The notes beneath the pieces are model-generated. The model ran no database searches, had not been told where the DNA came from, and saw only the letters and a list, made by a program, of their open reading frames with translations. Below, one piece after another: positions 50,610 to 58,005 of a stretch of 64,000 nucleotides of DNA; within the stretch, counting starts at the first letter, position 1; each line of letters opens with the position of its first letter. Location of the stretch: positions 19,530,001 to 19,594,000 of the forward strand of contig CM119375.1 of assembly GCA_051294905.1 (NCBI GenBank), given 5' to 3'. This DNA comes from Botryllus schlosseri. Its lineage: Eukaryota. The position numbers were made by a program, and so were the translations under genes.

Positions 50610-51269
50610 ATGTATCTATCTGAAGTACAGGATCATAATACTGCTATTTTTTGTAAATTAATAAATCAACTAGATAAAATCGACGTGCGAAAAAATGCTG
50701 GATGTCTAAAGTTGCTGATGGATATGTTGAAAAACTTTTTTGAACAAGAACATAATTGGTACAAAAGACAACTTCCATGTGGCGACAGGAAACCCCATGG
50801 AGAAACGCCGGAGGACGAAATTTCTAGTAATACGGACTCTGACGACTCCCAGGATTCTGCCATTGTGAAAGATTCCTCAAGACAACGACTCATAGTATGG
50901 AGTAAACAGACAATACGACCCGATGACGACACATGGACTATAATTACGGAAACTTTGATGGGAGTTGTCCGAAGAATACCTCCCCTATGTATGAGACGAG
51001 TAATATATGAAGTGATACGAGGAGTAATAATGGGCCATACAAGATTGTTAGTATGTGCAAATAGTCTGGCTTATGTTACAGATGCGAATTGCAAATGGAC
51101 TTGGCACAGCCAAACCAACCTAGGAGTAAAAGGTTATATGTCGTTGAGTTCTGATACCTCCGTTATGGATGCATATATATACATATACTCGAAGAAAGTA
51201 GATAAGAAAGCCCAGTCAATGAATCAATATCTGGAAAATTCCTATATTTTGGACATACATCTCCATTAA
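50610..51269 (+). CDS. Hypothetical protein, family Y
   Basis: 219 aa; RRVIYEVIRGVIM, WHSQTNLGVKGY. Confidence 0.75.
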   Translation: MYLSEVQDHNTAIFCKLINQLDKIDVRKNAGCLKLLMDMLKNFFEQEHNWYKRQLPCGDRKPHGETPEDEISSNTDSDDSQDSAIVKDSSRQRLIVWSKQTIRPDDDTWTIITETLMGVVRRIPPLCMRRVIYEVIRGVIMGHTRLLVCANSLAYVTDANCKWTWHSQTNLGVKGYMSLSSDTSVMDAYIYIYSKKVDKKAQSMNQYLENSYILDIHLH

Positions 51270-51508
51270 CTGTTGTCACATATTGACAATTAAATAATGA
51301 CTTTACACCCAATCCATGGAATTTATCGAACCAATGCTAATTTGGAACCTCGAGAAATCTTATATAATGATATTTTTTTTAACAGAATGTTTATGTATTA
51401 TTACTAGAATGTTGGATTGGTATGGTTATATTTAGACATTTTGATCTGTATTATTGAACGCCTGTTCCATCGAAAGCAATTACACCGAGAAGTGACCGAA
51501 TTGAAACT

Positions 51509-53200
51509 ATGGGCATTCTGATGAAAAGAGATCGTGATCCTCCTGGACATAATTGCGTTTATATTCCACCTGGAGATCACCGGGTTGAGTATTACAGACT
51601 TGCAACGTTCAAACATTTTTCGAAAGAAACTCCTGTGATACCGAGCTATCTAGCCGCTGCTGGTTTCTATTGGACAGGATTTCAAGATAGAGTAAGATGT
51701 TACTGCTGTGGCGTATCTGTGGAAAAATGGGTCACTGGAGATGATCCTTTTGATGACAAGTGGCATAAATCTACTTGTGACATGGTGACCATACAACATG
51801 GTTATAACTTGCCTATTTCAAATTGCTCAAGGAGGCTCCTTTTTGAACAAATGAGGTGCCACCTTAACCTTACTACAAGAAGTCAGCAAACTAATCGGAA
51901 TGTGCAAAGACCGACTATCAAAGAGGAAAAATGTCCCTTACCACAAACCGTGTTTGCGAACATTTGTGACCAAGAACATGAGACTTCATTGCGATCAGCA
52001 AATTTGAGGAGTGAACTAGAGAGAAGAAGAACCTTTGACAAATGGCCTTCCTATCCTACTCCATACTTGGTAGGGGAATTGGCAAAACAGGGGTTTTTTT
52101 ACCTGGGAAACCTTGACAGAGCGCAATGTTTTTCATGCTCAGGAGTACTGAGAAATTGGGCACCCACTGATAATGTCCTTGAACAACATAAAAGACATTT
52201 TACAAAATGCAAAATGGCAAATAACGAGTATGCAGGAAATATGCCCTTGACAGACTCCGAGAGAAATCAGGCAGATAATGAACTTAAAATAAAAATTGAA
52301 AGGTTAACTACTAATAGGGGAGAACCTCCGGATCCATCGCCAGAAGAACAACTCCAGTTGGTGGAAAGATTCCCTTGCCTTTACCCGATAAATTTGCATA
52401 TGACATCGTTACAGCAAAGAATATCTTCGTTTAATGAAAAATGGCCCAGGATCCTCGCAACAACGGAACAATTGGCTAAAGCGGGTATGTATTATCTAGG
52501 GGATTCGGACAGGGCGAAATGCTTTTACTGCAATGGAGGATTACAAAACTGGAACTACAATGATGAGCCGTGGACAGAACATGCAAAGTGGTTTCCTGGT
52601 TGTGAATATGTTTTGCAAATGAAAGGTATTGATTTCGTTTTACGACTAAGAGATGAACATCCCAATCTCAATCGACCATCGATAAGGAATGCAATATGTC
52701 TTGATGCACCACGAGAGGAGATACGAAGGAACCATAATCGACCAAGGTTATCTAGACAATACATAAACAGGATGCAACTGGAAGACATGGGATTTACGAG
52801 AGATCAAATAGAAGGAACTATAAATAGACAGATTAATGATCCTTTCTCTACTGGTGATATAATTCAGGATTTACTAGAGACAGTAAATACAATTACCGCC
52901 AGTCCAACGAAAACAACACAACAAGGCGATAGTATATCTGAAAATAATCACGAAGTAAACAACAACAAAGAAACGAAAGAAGCAGCAGTTGCAGAAATAA
53001 TGTCGGTGGATGAGATCGCGCAAAATTTGAAAGAAATACAAGAAGTTGTGCTTTGCAAAAATTGCAAGAGAAACAAAAGTGAAATTACTTTCATACCTTG
53101 TGGACATTTATGTAGTTGTGAAAAATGTGCAACAAATACTGAAAGATGCAACATTTGTGGTGAAACAATACTTGAAAAGATAAAGGTGTATAGAGCTTGA
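51509..53200 (+). CDS. iap: Intronless inhibitor of apoptosis protein (3 BIR + UBA-like + RING)
   Basis: Three R..[T/S]F..W..LA..GF/MY..C..C..W..H..C BIR repeats; C-terminal CxxC..PCGH..C..C..CxxC RING. Confidence 0.95.
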   Translation: MGILMKRDRDPPGHNCVYIPPGDHRVEYYRLATFKHFSKETPVIPSYLAAAGFYWTGFQDRVRCYCCGVSVEKWVTGDDPFDDKWHKSTCDMVTIQHGYNLPISNCSRRLLFEQMRCHLNLTTRSQQTNRNVQRPTIKEEKCPLPQTVFANICDQEHETSLRSANLRSELERRRTFDKWPSYPTPYLVGELAKQGFFYLGNLDRAQCFSCSGVLRNWAPTDNVLEQHKRHFTKCKMANNEYAGNMPLTDSERNQADNELKIKIERLTTNRGEPPDPSPEEQLQLVERFPCLYPINLHMTSLQQRISSFNEKWPRILATTEQLAKAGMYYLGDSDRAKCFYCNGGLQNWNYNDEPWTEHAKWFPGCEYVLQMKGIDFVLRLRDEHPNLNRPSIRNAICLDAPREEIRRNHNRPRLSRQYINRMQLEDMGFTRDQIEGTINRQINDPFSTGDIIQDLLETVNTITASPTKTTQQGDSISENNHEVNNNKETKEAAVAEIMSVDEIAQNLKEIQEVVLCKNCKRNKSEITFIPCGHLCSCEKCATNTERCNICGETILEKIKVYRA

Positions 53201-53329
53201 TGGAGCAGGCAGGACTATTATTTTGTGGCATGAATGCTCTTGATGCATATGTATAATGCATAACGTTACTAGTTACTTTTGCGCGTAAAATTGAACATAT
53301 GATTTTAAAGTATTTTATTCTGTATTAAG

Positions 53330-53785
53330 ATGACTAGAGTATTAGAGAATTGGGAAATTACGCTAGCCAAGAAACAAATTAATGAATACTATGATGAGTT
53401 TGAACAGGAATACCATCATCAAAATTTTGAAATATGGAAAAATACCCCAAAGGAAAAATTCAAACAATTAATAAAGAAATACCTTCATCATTGTTTTGCG
53501 AATGTGACAGAAAAGCTTTTTGATAAGCTTTATGACGCACATAGTGATATTGCTCGCGTTTTTGTTACAAAAGATTTTAATCTGGCCCAATATACATGGT
53601 TTGGACTTGTTCTAAAACTACATCCGGCTCATAAATATCTACCAGAAGAATTTCTGGATGAAAGATTACCACAAATGGAATTGCAAGATTCTACAACATT
53701 ACTTCTAAATGCTCGAGAATTTGAAACTGTTGCTGTTCCAATTTTAGAAGACGCTTTTTCGAAAATTGTTATACTGCACGATTAA
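53330..53785 (+). CDS. Hypothetical protein, family Z subtype A
   Basis: 151 aa; paralog of 55470-55928. Confidence 0.78.
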   Translation: MTRVLENWEITLAKKQINEYYDEFEQEYHHQNFEIWKNTPKEKFKQLIKKYLHHCFANVTEKLFDKLYDAHSDIARVFVTKDFNLAQYTWFGLVLKLHPAHKYLPEEFLDERLPQMELQDSTTLLLNAREFETVAVPILEDAFSKIVILHD

Positions 53786-53790
53786 GAGGA

Positions 53791-54186
53791 ATGTCTCGAA
53801 GAACCATGAGTAACCAGGAAATATTGCAAATGGGACATGAATCTGCAGTGTGCGACTTGAAATATTATTTTGACATGTTTTGTAAATACTATGAAGAAGA
53901 TGTGGAAATTTCCGACAGATGGCAAAGATGGGCTATGACAAGACCCAATGACATTGTTGGAATGCTGACGCTGTATATTGATAAAGTTTATGGGAGTGCT
54001 TTGTCTCCGCAAGGCAAGGCTCGGGGGTATCATGCTGCTATCAAAGAACATAATAGGATTGCAATTATTACACTGGGAAACTATAAGGAAGCCAAATTTC
54101 TTTGGTACCAACATATTGTTCGTATGCATCCCATGAAGGAGAACTTTTCAGAACAATGGATAAAAGGATGTTTGAAAGATGATTAA
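53791..54186 (+). CDS. Hypothetical protein, family Z subtype B
   Basis: 131 aa; paralog of 56094-56543. Confidence 0.78.
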   Translation: MSRRTMSNQEILQMGHESAVCDLKYYFDMFCKYYEEDVEISDRWQRWAMTRPNDIVGMLTLYIDKVYGSALSPQGKARGYHAAIKEHNRIAIITLGNYKEAKFLWYQHIVRMHPMKENFSEQWIKGCLKDD

Positions 54187-54293
54187 CTGAAATGATACAT
54201 AGACTGCACCAAATTTACTATATCTAATATAACAACTAGAATTAAAACTTTTATTTGTGTAGTCATGTTGATTTACTGATTAAGACTTTTTGA

Positions 54294-54818
54294 ATGTTTA
54301 ATAATGTTTGGGTTTTTTGTGTAAGAAATTTTAAGACATTAGGAATTTATTTGACCTTTAATCGTGATATGTTGGAAATCAATTATGAAAAGTACGAATA
54401 TGTGCCCAAAGACCCACAAAAGAAAGAATTGAACCGAAAGAGGTTCAGACCGTGTCTATACCCTACGATACCTGACAGCAGAGTTGCTTGGCTAAAGATG
54501 GGAGTTGTACATGAACGAATAAAAGAAAGAATAGAAAACTTTCCGAAGTTAACAGCCAATGACATGGAGTATGTATTGAAAGACTTTCTTGTCTGGTTAT
54601 ACCGGGACCATGAGGTGGCGGAACAATTGGAATGCGCAAAAAAAGTACTGGAGCGCATTGTGGAAGAAAACTTTGGAGAAAGTCCTGCGTACTATTTGTA
54701 CTTATTTCTACGATATGTATTGGCTATAGCTAATGTTGATGAAGATTGGAACATTACTAGCAGAACTATTGCCGGATTTTCACGTGACATGTACGCTATG
54801 GATAAACGATTGAATTAG
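54294..54818 (+). CDS. Hypothetical protein
   Basis: 174-aa ATG ORF inside the cluster, no recognised motif. Confidence 0.65.
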   Translation: MFNNVWVFCVRNFKTLGIYLTFNRDMLEINYEKYEYVPKDPQKKELNRKRFRPCLYPTIPDSRVAWLKMGVVHERIKERIENFPKLTANDMEYVLKDFLVWLYRDHEVAEQLECAKKVLERIVEENFGESPAYYLYLFLRYVLAIANVDEDWNITSRTIAGFSRDMYAMDKRLN

Positions 54819-54878
54819 TGATGTTCCCCTTTTCTTTTATGTGTGTAAGTTTTATTGGATAGTATAAGTCTGCATCGA

Positions 54879-55334
54879 ATGGCAAAACATAGATTATACG
54901 TTGAACGGCGAAAAATTAATCAAGAAATACGAACAAATCCTGTAATTTTGCAAGCAGGGCCATTGGACGAGTCGGATATCTATGTTTGGCAAGCACTTTT
55001 GCGAGGACCATCAAAAACACCATATGAAAAAGGAACATTTCTTCTTAGAATTGAATTTCCAACGGAATATCCATTCAAGCCTCCGAAGATCAAATTTGAA
55101 ACCAAGATTTTCCATCCGAATATAAGCCGTAAGGGTACCATATGTATTGACATTCTTGCCGATGAATGGTCTCCCGCTTTAACGTTGGGAAAAGTATTGG
55201 TCTCGATTTCGTCATTATTGGCTTCCCCTAACCCAGAAGATCCAATGGATGTTGAGAGCGCCAGACTGTATCGGGATGACTATGAAAGTTATCAGAAGAT
55301 GGCAAGAAACTGGACTGATATGTATGCTAAGTAA
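54879..55334 (+). CDS. Intronless ubiquitin-conjugating enzyme E2 (UBE2D/Ubc4-like)
   Basis: GP..TPYE.G.F...I.FP.EYPFKPPK..F.TKIFHPNI..G.IC(catalytic)IDIL..WSPAL. Confidence 0.95.
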   Translation: MAKHRLYVERRKINQEIRTNPVILQAGPLDESDIYVWQALLRGPSKTPYEKGTFLLRIEFPTEYPFKPPKIKFETKIFHPNISRKGTICIDILADEWSPALTLGKVLVSISSLLASPNPEDPMDVESARLYRDDYESYQKMARNWTDMYAK

Positions 55335-55469
55335 TTACTATGTATCTAGTATGCTTATCACAATTATTGAATATTTTGGAAATGCTGTTATACTTATATG
55401 TATTAAAAATGTTAGCAAGGAAAGTTTCCGGTCCGATAATCAACGTAAAATTTTCTATATTAAGAAAAT

Positions 55470-55928
55470 ATGGGTGAAAAAATTGCTAGAGTAAAGCATG
55501 AACTTGACGTGTTCTTCGATTCATTTGAAAAGAAATATGAACATAAAGATTTCGGCAAGTGGGCTGCAACAACACGGGATGAATTGGAGATATTTATGAC
55601 ACCTTACTTGAGGATTTGCAACCTGAGAGTATCCGACAGACTGTTTGATGCGCTATACAAAAAGCATTTAGCTATCGCCCGCATGATATTGTTTGAAAAT
55701 TATGAACATGCGAAATTTTGTTGGTTCGTCTTCTGTGTTGGATTACATCCTGCCTCAGATGTAATACCTGAAGGATGGGTGTTGGAAAGAATGCCTGACT
55801 CTGATAAAACTGGATTTTGTATCTATACCACGGAAAAACTCTTTTATGATACTTTTCCCTCTGATGTGAGAGCTGCTATACTTATACATAAAATGAAATG
55901 TTATGGCTGTAATAATAATGGACAATGA
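55470..55928 (+). CDS. Hypothetical protein, family Z subtype A
   Basis: 152 aa; FFDSFEKKY, LFDALYKKH, WF....LHPA. Confidence 0.78.
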   Translation: MGEKIARVKHELDVFFDSFEKKYEHKDFGKWAATTRDELEIFMTPYLRICNLRVSDRLFDALYKKHLAIARMILFENYEHAKFCWFVFCVGLHPASDVIPEGWVLERMPDSDKTGFCIYTTEKLFYDTFPSDVRAAILIHKMKCYGCNNNGQ

Positions 55929-56093
55929 ATTCATGGATTGTATATTGTATTTTATGCTAAATCAAAATATCTATTAAAATTATGTATGACATGTATGCCA
56001 ATTTATTGAGTGTTGCATTGAGTTACTTCATTTTCGTCTGCATAACCCAATGGACCCTTATTAGGATTATTAATATTTTTCAGAAAATTAAGT

Positions 56094-56543
56094 ATGAGTA
56101 ACGTGATAATAAATGATAATGGTGACGTTGATGTCACCAGAATGGTGGGCTCCAATGTGGCGGAACAAGATTTGATATTTTATTTTTGGCTATTCAAAGA
56201 ACGATATGAAGCGAGAATACTCCCCTCTCATAGATGGTACGAGTGGTCAAAGACTCCACCCAAATATATCAAACTTGGATTGAAATGTTTTTTCAAACGA
56301 ATTAAAGAAACTCTTTCTGATGAGAAGCCCCTTGTTATTGACTACCAAGGAATACTAGAAAACCATAAAATGATAAGAGACATGGCCTCTGGAAATTATG
56401 AAAAGGCTAAACTTTTGTGGTTCAACTATATGACTCGAATGCATCCTATGGAAAATTTGATCACGGATGAATGGGTGAAGGAACAAGCCGAATCTACGGA
56501 ACCCTTTTATCCTGAGGATACTATAGATGTCTTAGTTCAATGA
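56094..56543 (+). CDS. Hypothetical protein, family Z subtype B
   Basis: 149 aa; GNYEKAKLLWFNYMTRMHPM. Confidence 0.78.
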   Translation: MSNVIINDNGDVDVTRMVGSNVAEQDLIFYFWLFKERYEARILPSHRWYEWSKTPPKYIKLGLKCFFKRIKETLSDEKPLVIDYQGILENHKMIRDMASGNYEKAKLLWFNYMTRMHPMENLITDEWVKEQAESTEPFYPEDTIDVLVQ

Positions 56544-56823
56544 GAAATATTAAGCCCAGGAATGCTATTGTTTTCATGTATGTATATAAAGTGTTATAAC
56601 TGACCTACGGAATATAGAATGGTCAAGAATCTCTATTGCGTCTTGCATAGAGTCATTTTATTGTATTTTGTTGCACAGAAAATTGATTCCGTCACGTTCA
56701 CGGTTTATTGAGTGGTTTGGTCAACCTATATTCAGAAATGTTTTACAGTTTGTACGGATTATTGCTGCTTTGCTAACTGCGAATGAATTTAATACTGTGG
56801 GGCCTCGTCATCCCTACAGTATG

Positions 56824-57675
56824 TATATAAGGCGTTATACACTGCTACGCCCTTATTTTTAAGCAGGACCCTAGGGATTGAAGCCCTAGTTTTAGGGAAA
56901 CAAAATCCGAAGTTTACGGTGCGAACCCTTATTATAGGCTAAATAAATAATTAATGAAAAACAATATAAAATCTTATAAAATCTTGAACAACTAAACCAT
57001 TAAATTAACTAAATAATGAACACTAAAACCTGTTTGAACAATCTGCAATGCCTGTATTAAGTGGCATCTAAGTTAAGGGTAGTATCATGCGGTCCGATTA
57101 AGAGGATCATAGTGATTATAATTGCACTGAAGACATGACGTCCTTAATGTTGATATGTTATATTAAAATTGATTGAAACATTATAATCGCAAGTATACTG
57201 AAGAATATTATGATGAATAGGAATTGATATTTGAAATGCATTGATATTTACGGCAGGAAAGGCCGTCGCATCAATTATATGCGAAAACAAACCTTGGAGT
57301 ATTAAAAATGTTTATTAATTGTGTATGATGATGTATAGGTTAAACATGCCTTGTGTTATAATTGATGGATGATGTGTATGCCAATTTTAACCAAGCTTTG
57401 CATAGAGTTACCACATTTCCGTCTGCGCAATTAACTGATTGGAGTATTTGGTTGTATTAAGATTATCAGTAGATAAAGGTAGATTAAAATTCTGGACCCC
57501 AGGGTCATTGTCAACTTGAGAAGAAACAATCCTACAACTGTTGTTGCTCCAATCACCATTTACAGACGTCGTCAAGATATTAAAGCAAACGAAAGGCAAC
57601 GCTTTACTAGGAAGTAACCCGAACAAGTGTGGACTACTCGCATGACAATCGTTGTGGAGCTGCACTATAAAAACA
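56824..57675 (+). promoter_or_regulatory. Candidate LTR core (end of U3, R, U5): TATA 56824-31, AATAAA 56942-47, terminal ...AAAACA 57675
   Basis: TATA, poly(A) signal and CA end in canonical order immediately before the PBS. Confidence 0.6.
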
Positions 57676-57679
57676 AAAT

Positions 57680-57699
57680 TGGTGGCCAGTACGGGGATC
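57680..57699 (+). promoter_or_regulatory. Primer binding site complementary to tRNA-Ile(AAU) 3' end
   Basis: tggtggccagtacggggatc is the reverse complement of GATCCCCGTACTGGCCA+CCA; 4 nt after the CA. Confidence 0.9.
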
Positions 57700-57727
57700 T
57701 TTCCGGTGTTCAGACGTTGACCAATCG

Positions 57728-57997
57728 ATGCTTTCTAAGACGACCATCGTAAAACTTGTACTTGTCGTATCCTTGCTTTCATCTTCTATATCTCTCCTGA
57801 TTATATTGGCAGCAATCTATCTGCACGTATCGCCTGGAGCGCTTTCTAATCTATTGAACGTATTTTTGGGATCCAACAGCAGCGCATCTACTGCTTACGT
57901 TCCACCCACGAATACGCCGCAAGGATCTATAATCCATTTTAACATATCTTCACCTGATCTAAAAACTTCTGTCAACAGTACTTTCTCCAGTCAATAG
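57728..57997 (+). CDS. Small pre-gag ORF with N-terminal transmembrane segment
   Basis: 89 aa; ~25 hydrophobic residues then NSS/NIS/NST sequons; ATG 29 nt after the PBS. Confidence 0.5.
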   Translation: MLSKTTIVKLVLVVSLLSSSISLLIILAAIYLHVSPGALSNLLNVFLGSNSSASTAYVPPTNTPQGSIIHFNISSPDLKTSVNSTFSSQ

Positions 57998-58005
57998 GAA
58001 GGACT

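Noticed and set aside
24879-56600. Endogenous large DNA virus (herpes-, baculo-, irido- or adinto-like) as the source of the cargo block
   Set aside because: No DNA polymerase, capsid, helicase or packaging ATPase seen; Env1 has class I features. Not fully excluded, since core genes could lie elsewhere.
56560-56820. Conventional ~1-kb LTR starting at a TG here (e.g. tgttataac at ~56592)
   Set aside because: No PPT, host-like flank or compositional break upstream; kept only as the alternative to test.
57956-57967. -1 frameshift fusing the pre-gag ORF to gag
   Set aside because: A_AAA_ACT is not a canonical slippery heptamer and no downstream structure is evident.
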